This document shows, piece by piece, positions 15,367 through 29,736 of a stretch of DNA of 64,000 bases. The notes beneath the pieces are model-generated. The model was not told the DNA's origin, did no database searches, and saw nothing but the letters and a program-made list of their open reading frames with translations. Made by a program: the position numbers and the translations under genes. Location of the stretch: positions 10,416,001-10,480,000 of the forward strand of contig NC_092350.1 of NCBI RefSeq assembly GCF_963676685.1. The letters are read 5' to 3'. Position 1 is the first letter of the stretch; each line of letters begins with the position of its first letter. Source of the stretch: Mytilus edulis (Eukaryota).

Positions 15367-15478
15367 AAACAGATATAGCATGTTCTTGAGGGGTATTTGC
15401 CTTACGGCTCGTGAAATTTAAAATTCTCTCGACTGGTATTTTTTCGCAAATACCCCTCCTTAACATGATATATCTGTT
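15367..15478. repeat. Imperfect ~33-bp inverted repeat (foldback element)
   Basis: aacagatatagcatgtt..gaggggtatttgc pairs with gcaaatacccctc..aacatgatatatctgtt. Confidence 0.65.
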
Positions 15479-16687
15479 AGAAGACATCCAGAAATAATCA
15501 GTATTTTAATATCTACTAGAAGAAATTGTTGTATCCATGATTTTTACTATGTGTATTGTATTAGATGATGACTTAAAACCTGTTGGTGACCCTCTGCTGT
15601 TGTTTTTTATTTGGTCGGGTTGTTGTCTCTTTTACACATTTCCCATTTCCATTCTCAATTTTATTAAAATTAACAATGATTACAATATTGTTATTTACTT
15701 CATTGAAAATGATTTTTTTTTATCGTTACCAAATTTGCGGTACCCTATTTGAAATTACATTTTTATAATGCATGGTACGATAACACAGATGATATTATAC
15801 AAGTCTTTGGCATCATCAACAAAAAAGAAAGTTAATTCGTATTACTAACATGTACTTTAATCAGGTATGTTTTACACAGTTTACTTTAGTTTATTTGCAA
15901 ACATTTTGAAATCTGAACTATTCATGGGAAAAACATTTCTATGGCCCGCTACAAAGTGGTTGTAGTCATATAGTGCTTCCTTTATCTGTCATTCCGTCAT
16001 TCCATCATGACTTCATTCTGTCATTCTATCACCCCACAACGAACATTTATACGGACTTTATTCTAAAAGCCTTGCCATATTGAGCTGATTGTTTGTATGA
16101 GAATCCACTATGATGAGTAATAAATCAAGTTTTTGTTTAGTTCCACCTCAGTAATTATTCCAGTATTACTTTGGTCTTTGTAAATTACATGAAAAGAACA
16201 GTTATATGGGTTTTCTACTCCTAAAAACGGATTAAAGCTCTTCTTGCGAGTGGGACAATTCGTGTCGTTCCGACACATGTAGTTTTATTTAATTGTTTTT
16301 AGTAAAATGCAACTTTTTAAAATTGTTTATAAAAAAAGAAGATTTAGTATGATTGCCAATGATCAACTTTCCACAAGAGACCAAAATGACACAGACATTG
16401 ACTATAGGTCACCGTACGGCCTTCAACAATGAGCAAAGCCCATACCGAGTTGAGTAGAAAAAAATATCTATACTTTGGCATCAACAGAAATTTCTTGATT
16501 TTCAGTAAATTGAAATAATTTTTTTTCTTCAAAGCATTGATACAATTTGTTACTTTGAGTCAGAGTTGTTACAGTATAAAGGCAAATGATTAAAAGTGTG
16601 TTACCATCACCATTTAAAAGTTGATTTTGTATATTTTTATTCGTAACAGTCAATCAAGAATGAAGAAGCAATTGTTGTCAAAGCAAC

Positions 16688-19600
16688 ATGCATTTGACTA
16701 TTCCAGTTTTGGTATTTTTGGTTGATCTGTCATTTGCAAAAGGTAAAATAAATAAAGTTTATAAAAAAGACAATAAGCTATGGTTTTTAATAATATTTTG
16801 GATTTCGAACATCAGCGAAGAGACATTTTTGTCGAGACGCGCATCTGGTGAAGAACAATTGACACCTTTAACGTAATTAATTTGTAATTTTATAAGAATT
16901 AGTTTGTTAATTTCAAAATATCATCGTTATCTACTAAATCAATATTTAAATATAAGACAACATGAAAAAGGAAAACATGCTTGTTGTTGCCATTATAAGA
17001 AAAAGTAAAATCACAAAAATACTCTACTCCTAAGAAAATAAAAAAACGGAAAGTCCCTTAACAAATGGCAATATCAAAAGCTCAAACATATTAAAAAAAT
17101 TGTAAACTACTGTCATATCCCTGACTTGGTACAGGCATTTTTTAAAGTAGAAAAGGATAGATTAAACCTGGTTGTATAGTTAGTTACACCTCTCTGTATG
17201 ACATTCGCTAAAACACACCAAAAAAAACAAAAACATGTAGAAAAGCTTCATATTGTGTTAATATTTTACAGCATAAAGATACCGATAAATCTGATAATTG
17301 GTTCATAAATAACGTATTCAAATATGTTAGTTTAGAGAATGGTAAATGTAGTGTAATGTTTAACGTTATGTCATCAAATAGTCTGTTTAACCATGCAACC
17401 TGCTCATCTTACCAACTTGTTCCGTTATTTATATAATGCAAACGGCATTGAAGGGTCTTCAATTAAGAATGGAAAGAAGCTATCTCTTAAATTTCACGTT
17501 TCGCTAGAAAATCGTGTATAAATATATATGTTGTATACATTAAAAAGTGAACAAAACAACACCAATATTAAAAAAGGAAACAGAAAATACAAATTTCAAT
17601 CAATAAGTCTAATAACAGATATCCTTCATCAGTGTAAAATATAAAAAAAAAAAGAATTGTACCAATTTATTATGATATTCTTTAAGCGTAAACAATCAAA
17701 TAGGTAATATTTGAACCAAAATGTTTTGTTTATCAAGCATTGTACAATAAAGCAAACAATAGTAGATACACATCGAAAAAGACATATTATGAAACGTTAA
17801 AAAAACAGAGGGGCGAAAGATACCAGAGGGACATTCAAACTCATAGATCGAAAATAAACTGCCAACGCCATGGCTAAAAAAGAAACAGAAAATACAGATA
17901 AATAATAGTACACAAGACATAGCATAGGAAACTAAACACTAAGCAACATTAAGGTGAATGGTTAGATAATGTAATTTCTTTTTCAGAATATTTATCATGG
18001 AAACTTTTGACAAATAAAGTTGTCTTCGGTCAAGCTATTCAACTCATGTGTCACTTGCCAAAACAAAACTGCTGTCACAATTTCACTAGGTCATGGGAAG
18101 GTGGACCTGATTATAAACCTTTGACTCTCAATGAAAAGTCATCCAACTATACAAAATATATAGAGCATTTAGATACAGAAACTGGCAACTCAATTTTGAC
18201 AATCAAATCTTTTTCTGAGAGTGATGTTGACATTCTTTATCAATGCAGTTACGGGTTTTCCAGCTACGCCGCAGTTTTGCAGTTGACAAAGCATAGATAT
18301 GAGTGTATGATAATTTGTGCATTTTGTAGCAGTATCCTGATATAATAATGATTAAGTTTTGTTGATAAAATTTTTGTCTCAATGAATTAAATAAGGCAGA
18401 TACGGTATATTATGATAATACATTCATTTTATGACAAAGCTAATGTATGATTTCCACACGTCATTTTGCGTCACTGGTATTTCGAATTTTGAACATAATG
18501 ACAACCAAAACCATGATTACAATATGCATTATAGTCACTATTATACAAGGAACTATGAGTAATGCTGTCATACCGGCGACATTTTATTCATAAGTTTAAG
18601 TACATCCTAAATCGTAGTATATCAGAAAAGAACAGAATTACAACACGTGCAATACAATAGCAAGAAACAAAAAAATACCTTTACAGGCATTATTATTTTT
18701 TAATTACAAGGTAGTCTTTTGTGAATTTCTAATATTCTAACTTTTAAATTGTGTTTGCAAACAATAAATTGAATATCAAAAGGAAAAGTTTCACGTTAAT
18801 AAAAGCTGTCATGCGCACGTCAAGAGGAAAACATAGTACATGTATTCTGAAATTTTCTTTGTTCATTGTATCATATTATCTACATTTTTTCTATCTTTAC
18901 CAATCAAACCTTGTTTGTGATAAAATATTAATTGTATGTATGCCAACTCCTAATTATATTTACTTACCTACTTATACCGATACAGTTCTTTATAGAACAT
19001 TCTGACTATTCTGTTTATATTCCTTTGTCAGGACAATTGAATGTATTTCACTCGAATATACCTAATGAGATGATTTAAGATAGTAATTTAATCCTTACTG
19101 TTCTATTGATTAGCTATCAATCTATTTATTCAGATCACCCAACCGAATTAGTGCCTGTTTCTTTGAGCTTAAATGGGACTCACATGTATGCAAAAATTTC
19201 ATTGGAAAAGGTTTTTCCAAAACCACAGTGTTATGGTAATGCTAATGTAAGTATAACATACATTTGAGTTAGTGTAAATTCTTAATTGAATACAAGTCTT
19301 TCTGACTTCATGTGTTTTTTTACGCTACGTTATTTTGTGCACGATCTTTTTAATTAAGACCTGTGCATTGAGAATCCGGTCTTCCTTCAGTTTTCAATGT
19401 ATCCGTTTGCTGATTCGTTAACAATATTTGGAAAGCAATAAAGGATATATAGGTATGACACCAATGATTATGCACGATATGTTGATATGCATTTAAATTT
19501 GATTACAAAATGACCAATTATGTTTTGAAAAAGATTTTGTTTACAAATCACAAGGTTTTTGTTCAAGATTTCTTAATTTAAGAACTTAAATATTTTATAT

Positions 19601-21184
19601 AGATACTATTTGCTAGTTTCAGTATCAGATGTGCCGTAAAAACTTGTAAAAATATCTCAAAATATTTAAAACATTTGTTGATGTTAGAATTTATATGAAA
19701 TTTAATACAAGTGTATAGGTATAACAAGCTTTTTCAAACCAATATCAATATCCGATGTCAAAAACTATCCATTTGAAACTCTTTTTGTAATTTTTGTAAT
19801 TAAATCATAATCAATTCAATTTGACATTAACTTGACACATCTTCGAATTTTTTTCCGACTGTCAAGATTAATGAAGATTGAAATCATATTAAATGTATTG
19901 ATTTGTTACTTAATATTTTGTTACTGTGTCTCAAAGAGAAATGTGCAATCGGAATCCTTCTTGGCATCGCCAGTAATCTAGTTACTTTCATTTATGTTAC
20001 AAAAAAAACCACCATAAAACTTGCACTTTACTATATACCTAAATGTATATAGTATAATTCAAAGTTATCATTTTGTATAGATTCTATTATATATATTGAT
20101 GTGTCCTTTAATTTATATATACTAAAGCATATACAAAAATCTAAATTCCTTAATTTTTTTCAGGAAGAGGATATCACACAAGAATCTTTGAAAGTAATCT
20201 CTAAACGTAACGGAATCTTTTATAAATCAATGATTGGTTTCAACTATATGATTGACCCCCAGCGATGTTTTGGTTTGGTCACAATAACTTGTCTGATTGG
20301 AACTAGTTATATAAATATAGCTGAACGGACCTTCTCATGTCGCAAAATTGGTATGTCATTATTGGTGAATTTATTGAAAAATGTACACCTTCCTGGACCG
20401 TAACCTCAACACGTGTTTTTCTTTCTTAGGGTTATAAACATATGTTAAACCAACCTTACTGATGTTAAACCCTTAACTAAAATAAAGCAGTATTCAAACA
20501 AAAAGATCCCAACGGACCAGAAAAGCGCATAAAACACTCATATGCAAACTCAGTACAATACGAAATTTCATTTCTACACATATTTCAAGTGTTTATTATG
20601 ATAGCTCGTGGCATTAACAGTTAGTATGGTGACATGCTTTGCTGACTTAATCGGATTTTGTATAAACAAACACCATCTACAACGTGGTATTCGGACAAAC
20701 CTGAAGATTCTCAAATTTAGAATATGATGTCTGTTGTCAAAACTGAAGATCTAAATATAGTGCGTTTCCTGAAAGATTAAAGGCATGATAACAAAATTCT
20801 GATGGGCAACAAAAAGTAAAAAATTCTAAATATGGGTAAAAACGTCAAAGAAATCATGAATTAGGGTAACAAATCGTACTGGAAAGCTTAATAGTATTAA
20901 CAACAATAAGCATGCCAAGACATAATTTAGTTGTGTTGATTTGCTACTTAGAATGCACATTTACTCATATCAGAATTAAATGAATGAAAAGAAAAACGAA
21001 ACAACTGCACACTCTATTTTCATAAAAAAAACAGAAGGTAAAGTGTTCTTATTATGTTACAGGATCTACATTCCATGGCAAGCACCTTGCTCAAAGAGAT
21101 TTTGCCGCATCAAACTCTCATGATGTAGAATCAAACATTATAGGGAAAGTTTTGTTTGTTTTATGTTTCCATTTTGTCAAGTAA
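16688..21184 (+). CDS. Complete 5-exon two-Ig-domain protein with signal peptide and short hydrophobic C-terminus (possible GPI anchor)
   Basis: Exons 16688-16742 (MHLTIPVLVFLVDLSFAK), 17987-18304 (V-like Ig, QLMC..RSW..LTIKSFSESDVDILYQC), 19134-19246, 20164-20350, 21063-21184 (..IIGKVLFVLCFHFVK*). GT/AG sites join in frame (phases 1,1,0,1). Confidence 0.8.
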
Positions 21185-21989
21185 ATAAGCCTTATCAACT
21201 TTTATAACTATCGATAAGCTAATTAGTTTAAACATATTTATTTATGATGGATTGTTAAACAAGTTATTACAATGTATACTAGTCCCTTTCCACTTTGTTA
21301 GTGCGAGTACTGCTTCGATAAGGTGGAAACGATCATACATTATATTGCATATCCCATTAGTGCTACCATCAAGAATTCAAGTCTGAAATTTCGTCGATTT
21401 TGAATAAGTGATCCACTAACAACCACTAGAACTTCATATGCGATATTTTCAATAAAATTGAGAATGAAATGGGGAATATGTCAAAGAGACAACAACCCGA
21501 TAAAATCCCGCATCCGGAGGTGGTCCTAAGCTGGCTCCTAGATAGAATTGTGTACTAGTTCATTGAAATGGCTTTTAAGAAAACAACAAACTGAGCACCC
21601 AGCATTCGATCTTAAACACAAAATTGTCCACAATATAATGTTCTGGACATAAACGCCACAGAATGAGATAATTAATCAGTCTCGTACTAAAACATTTAAT
21701 CATAATTTAGTGAGATAATTTCATTCAAATAATTTAGAAGGAAAACAAATAATAATTGCTTTAAGGAAAGCGTACAAACACAAGAAAAACTTATACAACT
21801 TGCAATATTAGATATATTTATAATGAAATTACTAAAAAGTTTATTATACTGTTGAGTGGTCTTTATTTATTACCCGATATCCAATATAGTATTCATGAAA
21901 TATATTAATTATTAGAGTTGTTATTGGATATAAGTATATGTAAACTTTTTTCTGATGTGCACTCACCCTTATCATTACATATAGATTGT

Positions 21990-24742
21990 CAATCATTGAT
22001 TAAAAATAATGAAATTGAAAACCATTCTGTACAGCAAAATATGATTGGAAAATGGAAAATGGAAAAAAATAAATGAATTTGGAAAAGAATATTGATACAG
22101 ATAAAGTTGATTGTGTTATAAGCAAGCTGAATACTTATAATGATAAAGAAAATATCTAAAAAAATGATGTGAATAATTTAGTACATGAAGTTTCTGATAT
22201 ATTGATTGATTATGCAAAACTTACTTTTGGTACAAACGTGTATGCTAAAACTATGTTGCGTAATTCTAAGAAACAAAACAATAAACAATGGTATGATAAA
22301 GATTGTAACAACGCAACGAAAGAATTAAGAAAATCACAAAGACTTTATAAACAGTATGGGTCAAATATTTTTAAAGAAAGATTACGACAGAGTGAGATAT
22401 ATTATAAGAAAGTGATGGATGGAAATATTAAGAAATTAAATGCAGATATGAGTGACAACATGAAAAAATTGAAAAATAAAAATCCAAAGAATTTTGGAAA
22501 TTATTTAATAAGGGACGTCAAAGGGAAAAAAGAAATATATCTATTGGAACATTATTTGATTTTTTTAAAGATTTGAATAAGAACAAGTTTGAAGATGAAT
22601 TTATTATTGAAAATGATGTGAGCTCATCTTGTGACGATGACACAATTAATTGTGTAATTACACGAGAAGAAATTTTAAAAGCTGTTAAAAAGGCGAAGAA
22701 TAATAAATCACCTGGGGCAGATCAAATCATTAATGAATACATTGCTTCATCTCTAGACAGTATGATTGATATATACACACAATTGTTTAATCTTATTTTT
22801 GATACGGGTATATTGCCGGAAGCCTGACTTATTGGTAATGTGATACCAATATTTAAGAGCAAGGGGTGTAAATTAGATCCAAAAAATTATAGACCGATAA
22901 CTTTGTTGTCGTGCTTGGGGAAAATATTTACATCTATTCTTAACGACAGGTTGGGGTTTTTCGTTGATGAATTGAATATATTAAATGAAAATCAAGCCGG
23001 CTTCCGACATGGGTACTCTACAACATATTTTTTCTTTATATCACTTTTTGAACTTCTCAGTGTTAAAAAGAAAAAGCTTTTTTGCGCTTTTGTAGATTTT
23101 GAAAAGGCGTTTGATTTTGTACACCGAAATTCTTTATTATATAAACTCCTTTTGAATAATGTAAAAGGAAAGTTTCTTAGAGTTGTTAAAAATATGTATG
23201 ATGATGTTAAATCACGTATTGTACATAATAATAATTTATCTGACATGTTTGCTAGTGAAATTGGTGTTAGACAAGGGAAAATCTTTCTGCTCTGTTATTT
23301 TCTCTATATTTGAACGATTTACAGCAGTATTTAGAAAATGTTAACATAACTGGTGTACAATCTTTAACATTAGATATGGAAAATGAACTTAATATATACC
23401 TAAAACTGTTTGTATTATTATATGCTGATGATACTATTTTACTTGCTGAATCAAGTTCAGATTTACAGTTACTTTTAAATAATTTTTCACAGTATTGTAA
23501 TAATTGGAAATTAAGTATCAATGTTAGCAAAACCAAAGTGATGGTTTTTACAAGAGGAAGAATATCCAATAATTTGAAATTTTGTATTGAAAAAGAAGAA
23601 ATAGAGATAGTTAAACATTATAAATACCTTGGTGTTATTTTTTCTAGAAATGCATTTTTTTTCGAAACTAGGAAATATTTACGAGACCAAGCAACTAAGG
23701 CTATGTATAGTGTTATCAAGAAAAGCAGATTGAATCACTTATCGATTGAATGTCAACTAGAAATGTTTGATAAAGCTGTTGTACCCATTCTTCTATACGG
23801 GACTGAAATTTGGGGATACGAAAATTTTGATATACTTGAGCGAGTTCATTTGAAATTCTGTAAGCACATTTTAAAACTTAAAAACTCAATTCCAAATTTT
23901 ATGATTTATGGAGAACTTGGGAGATACCCCATTTCTTTATATGCAAAATTACGAATGATAAATTTTTGGTGTCGCCTTCTTGATAATACAAATGAAGATA
24001 AATTATTCTGTATACTATATAAATTACTATACATTAATTATAACAATTATGGTATTGGAAATAAATGGATTTTATGTATTAAGAAAACTTTTGATGAATG
24101 TGGCATGTTAAATGTATGGCATTGCCAAGATTATTTTAACAAAAAATGGATAAAATTAAGTATTGAGCAAAAGCTTAAAGACCAATTTCGACAAGAATGG
24201 TGTACAGATTTACACCAATCTTCAAAAGGTTTATGTTATAGAATTTTCAAGACTGAATTTAAATTTGAAAAGTATTTGTCGACTTTGCCTTTTAAATTTT
24301 TATATACTTTGTGTAAATTTAGATGCGGAAATTATCGTTTGCCAGTGGAGACAGGAAGGTGGCAAACTATTCCGAGATCGGAAAGGTCTTGTAATCTATG
24401 TAGCTATAAAGATATTGGCGATGAATTTCACTACATTATGTCATGCAATTTTTTTAACATAGAAAGAGAAAAATATTTACCACACTTTTGTTACAAAAAT
24501 GCAAACATTATTAAATTTAAAAATGTATTCTCATCTGAAAATGTTGTAGAACTAGAAAAATTGTGTAGATTTATACGATATATATCATTGAAAGTCTGTC
24601 CTCCTGGTTAGAGGAACTGTAATATTATTATAATGTTATTTATTTTCACACATGCGAAACAAAGATATGTATTATATATGAACTGTTATTATCTCTGTAG
24701 CTATGTACTAGTTTATGAGAATAAAATAATTCATTCATTCAT
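21990..24742 (+). mobile_element. 5'-truncated decayed LINE (RTEX/CR1-group-like RT)
   Basis: KSPGADQI, NYRPITLL, ENQAGFR, FVDFEKAFD, LLYADD and a C-terminal C-x2-C..H..C motif. Frameshifts and a stop; AATAAA plus (ATTC)n tail. 5' end approximate. Confidence 0.85.
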
Positions 24743-26121
24743 AATTGTATATCACATAGTCACGCTACAGATATGTCTTTGTGTCATTAAAAATTCAAAT
24801 GACAAGAATAATTGGGTACGTAATATACGAAATTAACTCGTTTGAACTTGGTTTCAATGAGTTGTGGTTTTCACAAAATTCACTATGTACAGAACATGTT
24901 ATTGTAATCAAATAGCGGAAACGGTAACTGTTTGATATTGTAAAGCAATAGTTTGCTGCTGAAATGTTGAGTCTAAGAAAGTATTGTTGTAAATATATTT
25001 GACAGAGACATCTTTATGTAATCAATTTCAATTTATTTTTAAAAAAAATTAAAAAAAGGTATCATAAAAACATTGAAAAAGTGAAACTGTGCTCACATAA
25101 TGTAGCAAACAAAAAGGGAATGCACTCTAAGGATTAGCGAAATTTTGGAATTTGTACATCGTGTATTGCTACAATAAATGAAATGTGTTGTATTGTATTA
25201 CATGATTATGTTCGTTATTCTAAATCTACGTAAATGCTTAATTCAAACAAAATACTACAGAGTAAGCAAATTGTTTATAAACGTATGTTTGCAGGTATTA
25301 TAAGCGATAATGATAAAGTATTGATGAAACTCAAACTTTGAAATAACTTTTTTTTATGAAAATCATTGTTTTAATTCTATTACTTTGAGCAGATTTGGAT
25401 TTCATTTGTTATGTATATTTTCTATTTGGATTTTGTACATGTAATTATATCGTTTATACTACTTCTGTCTATTTTGTTTTCATCTTTTATTGAAATTTAT
25501 ACATATAATTATACTTAAAGTTGTATTAACACAATTGGTTAATATATAATTAGAATGAGAAGACAAAAACTAACAAAGCATATGCTTACAGGGTTCAAAC
25601 ACAAGCAAAATAATAAATGATATGAAAGATATATTTAGAAAGAGATTACTACAAAAGTTGTTTTAATGTTGAGGTGTTTCTTTCCCCATATCCAGTATTA
25701 ATTAAGCTTATGATATAATATCCGAGCATATTCTTTTCTAATGGCCTTAAATACACACTGAGAATTTTATTTATACGATACTTTTATTAAATAGCATTTT
25801 AACATAGGTAAATTATTATAGGAAATACCAATATAAGTAGGTAATTGATGTATATAGATATTAAACTAGGTGATATGAGATGCTATAAATACATTTAACA
25901 AATATACAATGAATCAAATCAAAATGAGGTGGATTTGTGGTAATTTGTAAAGATAACTTGAAGAAAACCCCGACCTTTAAAAATAAATAAACGGAAACGG
26001 TTTTCTTATTGTTGACGTAACATTTGCAAGTTTCTTAAACAAGAGAATCGATATTTTTTAAACATATCAATATAAATATACGCAATAAAATAGGAATGTT
26101 GCATTCAGTTTAATATAAAGA

Positions 26122-26350
26122 GAAGATGTGGTATGCTTGTCAATCAGACAACTCCAACAAGTGACCAAATAACACAGAAATTAACAACTATAGGTCAATG
26201 TACTACCTTCAACAATGAGTATTTACCATACCGCTTAGTCAACTATAAATGGCCCTTAATTTACAAATGTAAAACAATTCAAAAAAAAAAATGAACTGCT
26301 TAATTTATGTACAGAAAAGTGAACGCAAAACAAATATATTACACAGAAAA
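26122..26350 (+). repeat. Abundant short interspersed repeat; related copies near 6230-6540(-), 16347-16450, 26755-27110 and 41345-41700
   Basis: Shared core gatgtggtatgattgccaatgagacaac..ctataggtcaccgtacggccttcaacaatgag. Confidence 0.7.
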
Positions 26351-27751
26351 CAAAAGGCAAGTTAGTTTGTAGCTCGGATTTGTTTTCTCTCAATCGACTT
26401 ATGACTTTTGAAGATCAGTATACTACTATTAAAAGGAACTGTATCCTTGTAAAAATCAATCAACCATCATGATGACATTTCAATATTCCATGTAAGAGAC
26501 TATTTCAAAATATAGTTTGCAAGGATTTTAAATGCATTGAAAATAAGTTACTAACATGGCAATTAACTGTAAATATTGAACAAAAAAGTTGCATATAAAC
26601 AAAAGTGAGTGGCTTTTTAATAGACACTTTCCACTATTGTAGACATGCAAGAATATTTTTTTTGACTTTCATTTCATTTTGTTTTGTTGAACTTGTCATT
26701 CGGTCATTTTTTCTGTTTACATGCAGTTTCCTTCTATCATATAAAAAAGAAAGTGTGATATTACTGCCAATGATACAACTCTTCGCAAGACCTATTGACA
26801 TAGAAATATGCAATTATAGGTCACCGTACGATATAGGACTTATCGCATAATCAACAATAAAACGCATCGAAATGACAAACGTAAAACCAGAAGACTAACG
26901 GCCTAATCTATGTACAAAAATTAATGAACGAAAAACGAATATGTTACACAACAACAAACGACAACCACTGAATTACAGACTTCTGGCTTGGGACAGGCAC
27001 GTACAGAAGATGGTGCGGTTAAACTCGTTTGAAGGTGCCAAACCTTCCTCTAAACAAGGGACAGTGCTGTGACTGTACAACATAAAAACAAACTAGAAAA
27101 TCTGTGAAAAAGGGCTTACTTCGTCTCTGGTTTCTCTTAGAAAAACAACATAGCACAAAACCGTTTTTAAGGACAATACTTATAGGAAGCCAACGAAAAG
27201 TGCATCTACACTTATGCTGACATTTTTACAGTTCCTGTCTTTCTGCTCATTTTTAAGATAAAAGACAAAACATATACAAATTGGTAAAAAAGTCATTTCA
27301 GGGTAAAAATTACATTAAACAGTCATCTGATTTCTCTGATTGGACGAATAAGTAAACTGACCATGTTTGATTTTTAAAGTTGTTATCTATCTTTTATACA
27401 TATGCGTAGCGGACTGACGATTTTGACCATTCAGACTTATTTGTAGAGCTTGTCTTGCTGATACTTTTTCTTTTGACATTTTTTCTATTAAATATATATA
27501 TTATGGTTTTAAAGATGAAGAAATAAAAATAATGGTAAAATTCGAAATATAAGGTGGATATTAAACCATTCCATGTCCTACTGTTTCCCGCATAATTAAG
27601 ACTAAAATAATTAAGTTTCTGGTCGAATCCGATACCGATAACAATAGTATATGTCACATGAAGTTTCCGGTGGTAGTTACCTGATACATTCTGTAAATCC
27701 CCCATTTATCAGAACTTTGAATTCATTTAGAATATGTTTTATATCTATGTA

Positions 27752-28525
27752 AAAGAGGAAAGATACCGGAGGGACAGTCAAACTCATAAATCGAAAATAA
27801 ACTAACAACGCCATGGCTTTAAATGAATAGGACAAACAGACAAACAATAGTACACATGACACAACATAGAATACTAAAGAATAAACAACACGAACCCCAC
27901 CAAAAACAAGGGGTGATATCAGGTGCTCCGGAAGGGTAGGCAGATCCTGTTCCACGTGTGGCACTCGCCGTGATAACAAATCCGGTAAATAGTCTTATTC
28001 GGTAGGTCACATTTATGAAAGGGAAGGGGATTATAGTTACGACGTAAGGAAAATATCCGATATTATTTGTGAAACGGTTATTCCATAAAGAGGGACGAAA
28101 GATACCAAAGGGACAGTCAAACTCATAAATCTAAAACAAACTGACAACGCCATGGCTAAAATGAAAAAGACAAACAGAAAAACAATAGTACACATGATAC
28201 AACATAGAAAACTAAAGAATAAACAACACGAACCCCACCATAACGGTCAACCAACTCATGATGGCGTCCGTAAAACTTACGAAGAGTTGATTTCAACTTC
28301 ACCATTTGGAACTCTTGATTTAATAGCTGGCTTGTGAGCAACAACCCTCTATCAAGAAAATTATGATAGGAAATGTAAACACGGGAATATCGTATCAATT
28401 GGAAGATATATACACCGTATGCAGGTGCTGCTGGAATGTTGCTACTTAGAAATGAAAAGTACCCAATTCGAAAGCTGAAATCATCTCTTTTGTCGAAAAG
28501 TTATGTTTTCAATCGACCCTCATCG
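27752..28525 (-). mobile_element. Penelope-like element 3' end containing a nested copy of its own terminal segment
   Basis: LIRYSR..YHNFLDRGLLLT..LRKFYGRHHELVDRY. Terminal segment present at ~27752-27900 and again at ~28089-28238. Confidence 0.75.
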
Positions 28526-29736
28526 TACACTATTTAGCAAGTTTCCTTCCACCTTAATACGACTTCTAAATTTCTTTAGTAAGATATAAAATTAAATTTA
28601 GTTTATTGTAGTATAACCAGGACGGGTTAAAACAGAAAGATTTTGAAAGCTAAAAAAACTGTGCAGGACTTATCAGACGAAAATACGAATACTGCAGGTA
28701 TGTTTTAGTTCACTATATGATTGCGTTGAGGAAGGATTTATGTACAATTTTACTCTACACAATTGAATGCGGTTTTTGATAAAAAAAAAAATCTTCGAGT
28801 AATCGAAATGACAGTAGGTGACGACCAAACGTGAATGAAACATCAGCAAACACAAAATCTTTGTCATTCTAAAGCTTCAAAATCAGCAATTACAATCATG
28901 TTTTCAGTATCAATAATCGTCCTAAAAATGCAGGAAATATTTGCCGCTGGACGGTAAGCATTTAACAATCAACGAATCAATACTTTTAGTTAAACGAATC
29001 TTCTTGATGCATTCGTTTTAAAATTTTTCTACAGAAATGATTGTGTTGTACCAAAAACCTTATAAATTCCTCTATGTATGTGTTAGTTCCTTATTCATCT
29101 CATAAAGAATTGTAAAAAAAAGTTTGCAAAAGACTGATTTATCTATCTATCAAATTAACATATGTTATTCGATAAATATACATATACAGGTAATTCGATA
29201 TTTCCATATTTAGGTGCAACTGATGCCTTATAGAAATAAGATCCGACATAAATAATATATATTCCAAAACTGACAATTAGCGCAAGTACTGCTGTAGAAA
29301 TTTGAACCCATGATTCCTTCACATCAATGCAACTCTACCTGCACTGTGTTAGAATTCTTCTCCCAGTTCGCAACATATGTTATACAAAATATATTTTTAT
29401 TGTTTAGGTAAGCTTTTTGACATCTACATTAGAGAAGATATCGCGTGATTGCTTATGAGACAACTATTGACTTCATAAACCTTATATTTTGAGTTTATTA
29501 ATCATACATGTAAGCTTTGAGAATTGAACAATTCTTTCAATTATCAAATCTATTGCTATGCATAACGAATTACTAAACAGCTGTTTGGTTACACTAACCC
29601 CACTGGAATTTGCATTACATATTTTTTTTATTTAACACTCAATTGTGTATACATAATATTCTTTAAATATTTGTGAATTTACAGGTGAATCATCACCTAA
29701 ATATAGGATATGATATATATGTATATATATATATAT

